Source: Euglena gracilis (Eukaryota). Taken from it: a DNA stretch of 64,000 nucleotides. Of the stretch, positions 11,401 to 24,200 are shown piece by piece. The stretch is from the NCBI GenBank assembly GCA_039621445.1, contig CP154954.1, forward strand, positions 47,781,847-47,845,846. Reading direction: 5' to 3'. The stretch's first letter is position 1; the number at the start of each line of letters is the position of its first letter. The notes beneath the pieces are model-generated. The model made no database searches and was not told the DNA's origin. It saw nothing but the letters and a program-made list of their open reading frames with translations. Position numbers and translations under genes: made by a program.

Positions 11401-14400
11401 AGTAAAAAAGGCCGGCAAATTGGCGTGTGAGAAAAAACACTGCAGCCCCCACAATGCGGCAGCCATGGACATCGGCGAGCCGGAATTTTTAATTCCACTA
11501 TTTCCTTTTTCAGGATGGGAGCACCTCCCCCTGTCAACATCCAACCCTTCCCACCTAGAACGATGTGCCTGACACCAGCAATGATATGCACCACATTCAC
11601 GTAGCATGTGACCCACGCCTCCCCTGGCACACCGCAGCGCCCATGCTGGACTCCAACGCCCCCACCTCGCCCGGCGGTGCCTCCGGGGCCTCGAGGGCGT
11701 CCCCCTCCTCGCCGGCCGGCGCGTCTCCCGCGTCCTGGTCGGCCCCCGGCTCGCCGCCCGGGTCCCCCGCCGCGGCCCCGACCTCCTCCGCGGGGGCAGA
11801 GGCGGCCGTGCGGCGCAGGCCGCTCAGGAAGGTGAGCAGCGCTTCCGCGCGCTGCACGAGCTGCCGCCGCTCCGCGCGGGCGTCGTCGCGGCCAGAGCAG
11901 AGGTCGGCGGTGGCGACGGCGTCGATGCTGTGCAGCAGCAGCCGCTCCACCTGTCGGGGGCCGGAGGGGGGCGGCCAGGGGGTGGCCATGCCCAGGAGGT
12001 TGGGGGGCGCTGGCTGGGCTGCCAACCGCCTTGTAGGGGGTTTCGTCGGACAATCATTTGTTTAACACCCAAACAACTGTGTCCCAAATGCAAAGCAGGG
12101 AACCTGAGCGATAAACCAGAACCACATTTCTTTTCAATCTGTCCGAAAAAAGACGTCCCAGCGACATTTCGATTGGCAGCGAACTTTGTCGCCCACCCCG
12201 AAAACTGGGATGGAAGATGGCTGGAATGCAATCAAATCGGAAGAAAAAAGCAGGCAGCCGTAACTGGACCTTGTACTGGTCTCCAGGAGGCTTGAGAAAC
12301 AAACCAAGCCCTGCCAGAGGTACTCGGGCCGCATATGGCAGCCACACCTTGCCAAACAGGGTCGCCAGGTCGTCCCGGGACTCCGGCGTCAGATCCTGGG
12401 CCCGGCGCTCGTAGCCGGCCAGCTCCTGCCCCAGGGTGAGCAGAGTCTCGATGGCGCTGGTGGACCGTGAGCTGTACGAGCACTGGCAGTGCCCCCTGGG
12501 GCAGCCCCGGCTACCTTGTTGCCTCATGGTCCACCACGAGCACACACCTGGGTCCCCCGTGGGAAGGTGGCAACCTGAAAATGATGATTTTGGTGGTTGA
12601 ATTCCGACGCAGGTGTCATTAATTTTGAAATGAAAAAAATCCGACTTGCAATTTCTTTTTGCAAAATTTTCCAAAATGACAATTCAGTGGGTGCTACCTT
12701 TGGTAATAACCTTCCAGCATGAAAAATCAGCCAGCACAGGCCGAAAAGACAACTTCTTTGGCGGAAACTGAAAAATGGGAACCTCACAACCTCGCTGGGG
12801 TATCAAACACAGGTTGAACACGCAAAAGCAGAAAGGGGGCCTGGCTGAGACACTCGACGCTGAGAGCCCTGCGACGATGTGAAAACAATGCACGGTGGTG
12901 GGCAGTCTGATGGTGACACACAGAACCAAACCCTATCAAATCCTGTGGCACGCCTCTGTGACGGGAGGACTCGCTCAGGGCGTCAACGGGGTTTCGTTTC
13001 AATTCGCAGTGGCAGCCAGCCTAAGAAGCCGAATGGGCCAGACCTCGCCCTCTCCCTCCGCCTCCTCCTCCTCCGTGATCTCCTGCTCCGAGGGGGACTT
13101 CGCCGCCAGCGGCTCCTCCGCCCCCTCCTTGGCCCGGCCCGGCTGGGGGCCGGCCGGGGCCTCGCTGGGGCGGGGCGGGTTGCGGCCGGAGTTGGGGGAG
13201 GGCTGGGCGGGGCTGGGGCGGGCCGGTCCGCCGGGGTGGTTGGGGTTTGGGGTGGCGGCGGGCCACCGGCCAGAGCCGGCGGGTGTCGGGGCAGAGGCTT
13301 TTCAGATGATTGTGGCTGTGGCTGCGCATGCATGTGCGTGTGCGTGTGCGTGTGCGTGTGCGTGTGCGTGTGTGTGAGTGCGTGCCAGTGCGTGTGTGAG
13401 CATGCGTGCGTGTGCGTGTGCACGCATGCGTTCGCGCGTGCGTACGTGCATGCACACGTTCATTTGCTGTGTGCTGAGGCTGTGCATGTTTGAGTTTGGT
13501 TGCGCGCGCAAATGGTGGGTGGTGTGGACAGCACCCATTTGTATGAACTCGCCTGTCGGAAATATGCGATGCTGGAGCCGGCATGGAGCCGCGTGAATAG
13601 CGTGCTCCCCTCCACCCCCATCACCTTGGCAAGCCCCTGGCCATCGGCTGCGCAGGGTACGGGCTGGGGCCGGGTGCCGCCCGGGAGGGAGACATCGGCC
13701 CGAAGCCCTGGCCGCGCAGCTGGCACGTGTGGCGCAGCAGCACCAGCCGCTGCTTCAGGATGTCCGCCCGCTGCAGCAGCAGCCGGCGCTGCACCCGCAC
13801 CACCTCCCCGCCCGCGCCCCTCTCACACGCAACGGGAGCCCGGGGGGGAGGTGGGACCGCCATGTGGGACAATGCACAAAGTGGTAGTCTTAAACTGACA
13901 TGTGGTTGGTGGTGGTAGGTAGGTCACCAAATGTCATAATATTCGGTGGCACCAGTAGTGCACCACTTCCAATCTTCCAAAAACCAATCATTCACCTTTT
14001 TGAAAACCAGTCAGTCACTATGGGGGCCACTCTGGAGCTCAGGAAGAAACCGTGAAAAAAAAAGGAGAAAGAATATTCCGACACCTTCGGCGTTGGCTGG
14101 TTCTTTGCTGACCCCCCTCCCTGGGAGGAGGGGTCCGAGCCAAAAACCAATTGGTCACTCTGAAAAAAAAACAAGCCCCCCCCCCCAAGGGGTCCAAGGG
14201 TCAGGGGTGGGGGTCAGGAGTGACCAAGCGATTGTATGGCTGGGATATGTACTTCCATTGCTGAACTGCCTGGCCATTGAAGAACCAACAGGGCTCTGAA
14301 ATATCGGCCGGTGTAATGCACTGACCATCACCAACATACCTGATGGTGGTGATGGTCAACGCTGCCTTGTTGCCTGGCGGGCTGGAGAGGGCCGCGGAGC

Positions 14401-17400
14401 ACCGTACTGGACCCAGAGGTCAGTGGGCCCGAGGGGGTCCAGGTGCAGGCAGGGCAGCCCTGGAGCAAAAAAAAAAAGTCCTTGCTTGTTTACACCATCG
14501 CCCATCCACCCAAAGTGGCAAAAAAATCATTTTTCAGAATTATTTAAAAATATATATAGTATTATATATAGTATTACATAAAAGTATTATGAAAAAATAC
14601 TAAAAAATTATATAGTTTTTTTAGTATTTTCGACTTTTAATTCTCAACCCAGTTCGATCCCCGGAAAGGCCATTGGTGGTCCCTTGGGTCTCAGGGAGGT
14701 TCGCAACAAAAGCAAAAACAGAATCCCGTCCTCATGGACCTCCCTGGGGGCAGGATGATGCCGTCCATCGTCTGCAGCAACGCCTGGATCTCCGGCAGGC
14801 ACTCCGGCGCCAGGCCGCCCTGCAGCTGGTTGACCCGCGCCTCGATGGCCGCCAGGTCCGCCGCCAGCAGCTCCAGCTGCCCCAGCTGCGCGTCCCCCGC
14901 CGGCGGCGGCTGCGGCACGGCGGGGGGGGGGGGCGGTGGAGACGGTGGGGGACGCCTGGCCAGGCCTCGGGAGGGGGGGGGGGCTCCCCCCCCTCCTTCC
15001 CCCTCTCGAGACTCGGGCGGAAATCCCGGGGAGGTGGCGCAACAAGGAGCCCCAACACTGCTATCGGGCACAGATGGCATTGGTGACGGACAATATTGGG
15101 TGAAACCTTTTAAATAGTCCGGAAACAAAAACCACCCTGGCATTCTCGGGCTGCCCAAGGCGACCTCGGCAAGGTTCACAAAATGGGTTGGGAGCATGGC
15201 GTTGGCAGAGGAATAGCATGGCCAGGTTTTATCCGAATTTGGGGGTAGCCACCTTTACCCAAGGCTGGAGGGGGGGATTGGTCTCCTCATCCCCCCCAAT
15301 ACACACAGACAAAGGCGTGCAACGGCACTGGTACGTTCCTGCTGTCTGGCAGTCGTGGCTGTTCTCAAACTGCAAGGCTGGAACCCCCGCTGCCCAGCAA
15401 CCCTTCCGGCACAGCCCACACACACCTGAGCCGGCTGGCGCTGCGGCATCGCCCCCGTCGGGTAGCCGGGCAGCGGCTCCGCGGGCAGCGCGGCGCGGGC
15501 CAGCGAGCCACTGCCGCCCCGGGCCAGGGTGGGCGTGCCGCCGCTGTAGTCCCACTGCCACGGCGGCCGCAGGGCGTCGGGCGGGGGCCACCCACGCGGG
15601 CCGGCCCTTCTTGCGCGTTGGGTCGGCAGGACGACTGGGCGGCCCAACAAAGCCGGGGGGTCATATATGGGGTCATTGGCTACCAGCGGCTTGATGCCAA
15701 CACAAGAGGGGGGGGGGGCACAGGACAGGCAGACCCAACCCGCACCCCGCTGTGCTGTGCTGTTGGTGGGGGGGAGGCAATGGGGGTCCCGAGCCTCCGC
15801 GCGCCGCCCTGGCCGCAGCGGCGGAGTCGTACCGGCCGTCGTGGAACCGGTGGGGGGCTGGGGCCGACCCAAAGCCGGCCCCGACGCCGTGCTGCGGGGC
15901 AGGGAGGGGGAGGCGGAACGAACGTGCCAGGCCAGGGAACGGGGGACCGCACACAGCGGCGAACTGCTGCGGACCTCCCTGCCCGACTGGAAAAAAAATA
16001 CACCCCTGGAGCCTCCAAGAGCTGCTGAAGCTTGTGGTGAGTCTGGTTGAGACATGGCAAAAAAAAGCCTGCCAAAAAAGCCAGAAACCTCAGCTGTGGC
16101 CGCAAAGCAGCGATAACGCGCAGAATCGCAGCGGTCCAGACTTTCGCATCTGAACGCTTGTGGAAGGGCCACCTGGGGGAACTTGGTCCCTGAGAAGCTG
16201 CGGTGCAGCGGGAAGTCGGATCTGGGGGACTGGTCCACATCAGGGTTCGATGTACTCCCTCTTCAGTCCAGGAGGGGGGGGGGGGGGGGGGACACCGCCA
16301 CTCCAAAGCAGTGGCGCGGTGGCGAAACTTTTTTGCCTCCCAAAATCGAAAGATGGCATCGAAAATGCCATCTTGGGCACCTTTTGGGCAAAAATTTGTC
16401 CGAAAAGCCAAAAAAATTGGCGGGAGGTGCCGAAAGGAATAATTGACCTTTTGGGGGGGGGGCAGACATTCATTTAGTGTGGTTCACAAAAGTCGTGTGA
16501 ACCACAAATTTTTTTCTGGTGTCCACAGGTGAACCACAAATTTTTTTTTGGTGTCCACAGGTGAACCACAAAAAAAATTTTGGTGTCCACAGGTGAACCA
16601 CAAAAATTTTTGTGGTGTCCACAAAAAACTTTGTGGTCCACAAAAATTGATTGAGGATCGAAAAAAATAAAACTTACACCTAAAAGCGGATTGATCTTTA
16701 GACACCTCAGCCACATTCTGAGCCTTGGCCCCAGCTCAATCCACGAAGTGTGGCAGTTGGAATTGGACAGATTGCTATCGAGAGTTCTCAAGCAGACATG
16801 CTCTATAGACAACTTACCCAACAAGGATACCATCAAAAAGTTAAGTCCTGGCGTCGATGAAGCGGAATTCCGCTTCATGGAAGCAGAAACACGCGACATT
16901 ATCGTGGGGCTTTGGCATGGCTGTGGACATTGGGAGCGTTCTGGGGCATTGTGGGGTGTCAGTTGAGTGCCTCAGTGCCTGAAAAAGTGCCTGAAAAATC
17001 GGCAATGCCATGTGCTTTGTTTTGAGGTAGGAGCCGGAAAGCCACTTCATTGCTGTGGTGTCAGATCTTCAACTTGACCATTCAATGAAAGACCACATTC
17101 AGTATAGTTTTTCATTCAGAAGGGTAAGTGTCAGCCTCATTCTGGTGTTTGCAGTTTGGCAATATGAGATAATTAAAAGGTAATATGTCAGCCTGAGGAA
17201 GCGGCTAACCGCTTCATATTTGCTCTGTTTTTTTTGCAGGTTTTACACCAATGTCATGTCGAAATGTCCTTCCAAGTGAAGCACGGGGAAGTGAACAGAA
17301 GGTCTGTATCGTTTCGCGTGTTCTACCTTTCGTAACTCGTGCAATTGTCTCCACGTGGTTTGACGTATTTGCATTATACACTTTGGATAATGACATTCAA

Positions 17401-20400
17401 TTTCTGTTCAGTTTGTCCAGTTTTTGTTATCTTTATAAATTTCATAAATGTTAACGTTCTTCGTTGTTATTGGGATTGGAATATCGTTTGGTGATCATTG
17501 TTGATCATTTCAATTCATATCATTTTTTTACGGATTCTTTCAAAGCGTTCAGTTTTCGTTGCACATCTCCTGCTTTTGAAGCGGAATGCAATATTTACCG
17601 ATTCCATTTTTTATTTTTTCTGTGTTTCGTTCCTTCGGGGCCTACGGCAGCAGAAACAACACTTGTTTTTGTCGGTTCCTCCTGTTCATGTGTTTCTTGA
17701 TTGGTTTTGTTGATTTTACCAGAATTCGAAAGTAAATTGGCCTTCTTAGGTCTGTTTTCGACTGTATAGGTCTCCTTTACTGTGAGCCAAACGTCCACCG
17801 AAATTGGCCAAAATCAGAACCTCTTCAAAAAAAAATCGAAAATATGACCCTTTTTTGGAAGTGGTTTTCTGCTTCCTCTTCTGTTTTTAGAGCACCAGAA
17901 TTGTTGGCCGACTTATGCCGCCTGAGTCAAACATGTTCAAAGAAGCTTGCTTCATTGCTGTCGATGAGAAAGAAAATGATGCAAATGTCAGCAGGCGGTG
18001 GGAAATTTTTTGGTGTCCACATGTGAACCACAAATATTACTTTGGTGTCCACAGGTGAACCACAAAATTTTTTTTGGTGTCCACAAATGAACCACAAAAA
18101 TTTTTTTGGTGTCCACAGGTGAACCACAAAAATTTTTGTGGTGTCCACAGTGAACCACAAAATGACAACCTTGGTGTACCACACTAAATGAATGTCTGGG
18201 GGGGGGTCCCAGGTAACCCCCCCAAATAATACCCCCCGGGTATTTTTTTAGCCCGAAGTTCCGGCCCGAGGGGGGGGGGTATAATTTGGGGGGGGGGTAA
18301 TAGCACCCCAAAATTTTCGAAGATTTTCGAAGTCCCGTAGGAGCCAAAATAGCGCCTTTTGACCCCCTTTGGAGTCATTTTTTGTGCTTTCTTATGAAAT
18401 TTACCATTCTTTGGAGGTCAGATGATGCAGAAAAATCGATAGATTTTTTCTGTAATTTGTTGTCAGGTCAAAATCTGGGCCTTCGGCTCCAGATTTGGGA
18501 GGGGGTATTAACCCGGCCCGGTCGCCGAAGTCGGACCCCGAGGGGGGGGATTATTTGGAGGGGGGTGCTATTTGGGGGGGGGTATTATTTGGGGGGAGGG
18601 TTTACCCCAGAAGTCGGTCCGGACTCCCCTGGCAGGGGAGGGGGGGGGACCGAACCCCCCTTCTGGTTCAGGGGGGGGGACACCCCCCCCCTGTGCCCCG
18701 AACACCCTCCTTATGTCGAACCCTGGCCCACATCCGGTGGGTAGTGCGGCCCCCGCAGACGGTCCCCGGGCCACCACTCCCCGCTGGCGGGTCGGTACTC
18801 GGCCCCAATGGCCCTCTCGGACGGAATGCAGAGGGGGACGGAATGCAAGGAAGGGCGGAGACCAATCGCCCGAGACATGCTGAACACTTTCCAAATGCGA
18901 TTGCAGAAGTAAATGTTCTTTCGGTGGGTACTCAACCCGTGGCCTCAAAGCCTCTGTTGCCCCATAAAGTGTCCAACTGACCATCTTTTGAAGGGTGGGT
19001 GGGTGATTCCTTGGAGCGATTGCCGACCGAATGCATGCCCAACTCGTAAATAGATGGCACTGGCTGATGGCAAACCCTGTCAAGGCTGGCTGTGCAGGAA
19101 ATGAAATGAAGGAAATGAAGGGGTGTGAAAACTGTTTACATTGAGTGTTTTAAATGCACATAAATGTTCAACGCCATCTAGCGCTGTCGAATGTCGAAAA
19201 TTCATATTTGTGCGGTGTCTGCAGAGAAGGCCGGATGATGAACATGAAACAACCCCCGAGAAGCACCGTCTTTGCTTTGTGAAAACACACACCACCATTG
19301 GGAGGGTCCATAAAGAGCCACTCCGTCCGCTACTTTTCTGTGTTTCGCGCGGGAGGGCTCGCCCGCAGTGGCGAGGGGGCATTGGCCGTGGACCATCGGC
19401 CGCGCGCCATACTCCTCCGGCGACGGGTACGCGGTCGGAAATTGCCGGCCGGCGTCCGGATCTGTGACGGAAACCCACCGCACTGCAAGGGGGCACAACG
19501 GGGCCTGGCTCCTCTCGTCTCTGGGCACTCTTCCCGCTCCACCGCCACACGGCAGACAGCGTGGGGCACACACACACCGCTGGCGGACCGGCCGGCGGGG
19601 CGGGCGGGCTGGCGGCGGCTGCCGAGGCCCCCCGCCGGGGCGCCGGGGGGCTCGCCGAGGCCCTCGCGCAGCCGCAGGATGGCGGCGTAGAGGTCCTTGC
19701 GGTGCTGCAGAGCGGTGACCCCGAGGGCGCAGCGGATGTCGGTCGGCGTGAGGCGGAGCAGGTCCCGGCCGGTGACGCCTGCGGTATGGGCGACCTGAGC
19801 CGTGGCCTGCTCCCCCCCTCCTACCCGCTGCCGGGCGTTGGGGTTGGGGGGGGGGTCGGAGTCCCCCTTCCCACACACCATGTCAGGCCCCATAAGATCA
19901 TCCATTCTTGAGCACCCACACCCCAACCTTGCTAACCCCTCCCCCCAAAAACTTGACTATTTTCGCCCCCACCTTCTTTCAACTTTGGACACACCAGGTG
20001 TGACACATTTGGGCGGCGGAAGTCAATGAGGTTCAGATGAAGCTGTTTTGATTTCCGCAGATAAAAAAACGTGGGTATGCAGAAACCATTGGGAAAATGG
20101 GTGCCCCAACCCCATTAGCAGAGGAAGCCAAAAACCAGGTCCAGAAACCTGGCATGCCGCCGGGTCCTGTCGGGAGATTTCATGCAGGCAACCTTTGCCC
20201 AAATGACTCCGCTTCCTGGTGGGTCCAGGGGCCAAAACGTCGTTGAACGAACCCCCTCGAAACGGCCCCTCGGAGGTGGTACTAGTGGTACAAGACCTGG
20301 AAGCCTGGGTGGTAAACAAACACAGCTTGATGACCTGGCGGGTGACCTGCCGGCTGCAGACCACAAAAGGCTTCCTCATTGAGCCCCATCCCGGGGGGTT

Positions 20401-20540
20401 CCCCTCCGGTTTGGGCAGACACGCTTGGCGTGGTCCAGTGGGGGGAGCACGCCTTGGGCCTGGAACTGGGGGGCGTAGTCCGCAAAGCCCTGGCGGGCGA
20501 GCCAGTCGCACACGTCGCTGCAGCTCCACGTGTCCACCAT
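8424..20540 (-). CDS. SAM-domain plus three BAG-like domain protein (putative Hsp70 co-chaperone), multi-exon
   Basis: ATG at 20540: MVDTWSCSDVCDWLARQGFADYAPQFQAQG joined to VTGRDLLRLTPTDIRCALGVTALQHRKDLYAAILRL (exon ending 19778) gives a SAM pattern. BAG-like repeat 1: 14750-~14900 + 14401-14444 + ~13725-13806 (LAAIEARV...DGIILHLD...VRVQRRLLLQRAD). Repeat 2: 12348-~12480 + ~11630-11950 (LFGKVERLLLHSIDAV...ARAERRQLVQRAEALL). Repeat 3: 10882-~10995 + 9375-9398 + 8424-8594 (LFGAVERLLLQRIDAV...AKAARRGLVRRCNTLLDRL). Linker exons near 13045-13200, 15460-15900, 18700-18830 and 19340-19470 are not resolved. Confidence 0.75.
9450..10481. mobile_element. Foldback / Mutator-like element with ~200-bp terminal inverted repeats
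   Basis: CGGTAGACTGGGG... and ...CCCCAGTCTACCG ends. Internal inverted block CACTCTAATGTACTAACGGGTCAAAACCGCCGACTTTTAAGCCCC (~9609-9653 vs ~10322-10367). Palindromic TAGTCGGCCGACTA subrepeats. Flanking duplication CAGAGGCTG (9 bp, extendable to 12). Confidence 0.82.
16463..18198. mobile_element. TIR DNA transposon family C with subterminal repeats and decayed internal coding-like sequence
   Basis: TIR CAGACATTCATTTAGTGTGGT...ACCACACTAAATGAATGTCTG, flanked by G8 runs. GGTGTCCACAGGTGAACCACAAA arrays at both ends (16495-16640, 18010-18160). Confidence 0.88.
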
Positions 20541-21220
20541 GGGTGTGAGAGAGACAGGCTGGGGAATGGGGGTTGCAACGCGATGGCGGGGGCGGGAGAG
20601 TGGGGGACAAAGGCTGATGCAGGGTCCCCGAAAATGGCCAAAATCGCGAAATGTGCCAAAAACAGCACCTTTTCAAAAAAAATTTGGCGCCTTCGGCGCC
20701 GAAAAGGGGACCCCTGGGGGGGGGGGGCTCAGCCGGACCCCCCCCCCCGGGCACGACTAAAATAACCCCTGGGCTGACGGCACCGGTCGCAGATGCGGAA
20801 GAAAAGCCGCTTGCAGTGCGTCCCACCCGTCATTTCAATTTCCACAAAAATAAAAATGAGGGTAATTTTTTCGGGGTGAAAAGGCTGCGCACAAAATCTT
20901 CAAATCCTGTGCACACATTTCGAAAAACTTCATTTTACTCCTTGCCTTTATTTGGAAAAGCTTGAAGGACGTTGGATGCACACCCCACCCCACCACCAAC
21001 CAATGCAACCCACCCACAGCTTGTTCCATCTGTCGCCCCCCCCCCCCCAAACAAAAGTGAGCTGATCAACCACCTGCCAGAATGGCACAAATGGGCAAAC
21101 GAGACGCAATCCTCAAGCCCAAAGGATCAGCCGGTGCGGTACACAAGGCATCCGAACATGGAAAGCAGGTGACTGGGGGGGGGTGGACTGGTTTGTTGGG
21201 AGGGGGCATAGAGGTGTAGG

Positions 21221-24200
21221 TAGACTTAGGCGGCGCTAATTGCCCAACCAATTGTTGCGTTTTTTTTGACGTTTGTTGAGTGTTTTAAAAACCCGCCAAA
21301 GAGGGCACAAAATTTTTGGTTAAGAGGGGTGTGTGGCAAAATTTGGGCCAAAATTTTATGTAAATGGTATTGCGCGGTGTTCCGCTTAAACAATTTACAA
21401 TTGTGGGTGAATTGTGTGAGTTGGGGGTATGTTAGAAGTGCTTGAAATGGGTTGAAAAACACTGACTTTGAATGGGTGTGACATGGGCTGTGTTTTCATG
21501 GTTTGTGTTAATAACAGTATTTGAGAAACAAATGAATATTTGAAGTGTACGCGGATAACCACGTAAAACAAAACAAGAGGTGACAGACAACAGAATTAAA
21601 TGTTTAGGCGGATATCCGCGTAGAATAAAACTTGTACGCGGATTACCGCCTAAAAGTGAAAACAAAGCATGGTACACGGATTACCGCCTACCATAATAGT
21701 TGATGACTTGTAGGAGGGAATCCGCCTTCTGTGTGTAACTATGTGATGAGTGTATGGCGACTTGGTGTAGGCGGGAATCCGTCTGGAGTGAATGAGAAAC
21801 AATGGTGGTATCCTAATAGTGTTGCCCCACCCCTCCCCTGTGTTGATCCCGGCATTGGCCAGACGTCCACGCCTGCTGGGGTCTCTGGAATGGGGGACAG
21901 TAACACCAGAACCAATGGTAGCTGGAGAACTCTCTGACGGCGTGCCACCCGATGATATCCTGCCCTCGCCAACGCTCTTGGATAAAAAATGGTGCCTGTC
22001 TAAAAACAGCCCAAAAACAAAAAAAAGCAGAATTAACTAATTTATGGAACTCCGCAGTCGTAGCATCCGGTATGAGCCAAAACCCACAAAAGCTTTCCAC
22101 CACCAACGATTCTGTTTAGGCGGTTAACCGCCTAACCATCGCCACCCATCAATTCAAAAACACCGATGGAAGCCAAATGCATCGGGTCAAACGTCGACCC
22201 AGTGTTGGTTGAGAACGACCAAGCACCTCTGGTCAGCCATGCCCTTGGGCCCAGCATCGCCCAGCATCGCCCAGCATCGCCCAGCATCGCCCAGCATCGC
22301 CTTTGGAGCCCTTGAAGGTGTACCTATAATGCCTGTTGCTTTTGCCGCTCTAGCCCACTTTTGGTTACTTTTGGCCATCTTTGGTTGCTTTTTGACCACT
22401 TTGACCACTTTTGACTGCTTTTTGCCCACATTGACCACTTTTGACTGCTTTTTGACCACTGTTGCCCACATTTGCTGCCTTTTGACCAATTTTGACTGCT
22501 TCTTGACCACTTTTGCTGCTTTTTGCCCACCTTTGCCCATTTCCAACCACCTTTGCAGCTTTTTTGATCACTTTTGATGCTTTTTGACCACTTTGGGCCC
22601 CTTTTGCCTGCTTTTTGACCACTTTTGACAACTTTTGTTGCTTTTCAACCACTTTTGCCCACGTTTGCTACTTTTTGCCCACTTTTGGCCATTGTTGCTG
22701 CTTTTTGATCACTTTCACTTTTTTTTTACCCACTTTTGCTGCTTTTGACCACTTTTGCCCACTTTTTTACCACTTTTGCAGCTTTCTGGCCACTTTTACC
22801 CCACTTTTGCCTGCTTTTTGACCACTTTTTGACCACTTTTGCTGCTTTTGCCGGAGGATGTGGTGCAGGCCTGTGAGATGGCAACATCGAGTGCAAGTTG
22901 CAAGCCTCTTGCCGGTCAGACAAACAAAATCCAAAACAGTTGTTGTGCTGGAGGGTGGAGGGTGGCACCCCATCTTGTCCATCTGCATCTTGTCCAGTAT
23001 CTGCATCTTGTCCAGTATCTGCATCTTGTCCATCAACTGCATCTTGTCCACCATCTGCATGTTGTCCAGTGTCTGCATCCAGTTCATCTTGTCCAGCATC
23101 GGCATCTTGTCCAGTATCTGCATCTTCTCCGGCATCTGCATCTTGTCCAGCATCGGCATCTTGTCCAGCATCTGCGCCTTGTCCATTATCTGTCCAGTAT
23201 TCATCCGTTGGCTGCTGACCAAGCCAAAATAACCACAAAAGCCCAAAAAATGGCCACAAAAAGCCCAAAATTGACCGCAAAAGGCCCCAAAAAGCAACCA
23301 AAATAACCAAAAATTGCCCAAAAACGCCAACAATGTCCACAAAAGATTGTGAAAAATGACCCAAAATCACCGCAAAAAGGCGCAAAATGGCCAAAAATGC
23401 CATAAAATCTGCTCAAAAAGGCCCCAATTAGCCCAATATTTGCCAAAGCAGCGATAAATAGCCCCCCAAATTTGCAAAAAATTGACCCATTATGGCCAAA
23501 AAGGGTGTAAAACTGGAGCTTTGTGGGAAAATTGACCAAAAATAGTTCAATTCTCCAAAATATACAAAAAAAATGCTAGCATCCCCCAGCATCGCCTAGC
23601 ATCGCCCAGCATCGGAACCCCACCTCTGGTCTCCAAAAATCCAGCATCGCCCAGCATCGCCCAGCATCATCAGAGGTGCTTGAGAACGACCGCCTTCTGG
23701 TTTATCCCCCTTCCACACTGCTTCTGACTGTGCATACCACCGTTGCCTCCTCCGGAGGCATGTTGAAGATGAAGAAGAGCCAGAAAAAAAAGAGGTGGTT
23801 TGGGCATTTTGTCTGAAATTCAGCAAAAACGGCAGCTTTTCAAAGAAAAAATGCTGTAAGACTCCTTTAAAAAAAACAATTAAAAAGGCCTTGAATTTTT
23901 CAGAACTTGGAGGACTCCTTCCGAAAACCCCCCAAAATTTTTCGATTGCTGCCACCGACTGCTGAAACAGGCGTCTCTCCGTCCATATCTTGAATCACTT
24001 CTTCGTCAGCCTTCCCCGAACCCTGATTTTAGGCCACCAAAACCGTTGGGTTCCAGGAGGAGGGCTCTGGGAGGTGCTTTTGTTTCTCCTGAGAAATCAA
24101 CCTCAGGTTTTTTGGCTGTTTTTCGGGACAAAATATCACCTTTACCGCAGCTCACCCGGCCTGGCAACTGACAAATGCGTTCCTCTGCTGTCCATGCAGA

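Noticed and set aside
15460-15600. Possible WW domain (LRPPWQWDY)
   Set aside because: Lacks the aromatic doublet and second W-x-x-P spacing.
16495-16640. CRISPR-like repeats GGTGTCCACAGGTGAACCACAAA
   Set aside because: No unique spacers (only A/T runs), no cas genes, and the array recurs at the other end of a TIR element. These are subterminal repeats.
22726-23403. ORFs with QDADAG / MLDKMQ repeats (also 58668-59022)
   Set aside because: Translations of an 18-bp minisatellite inside family D MITEs.
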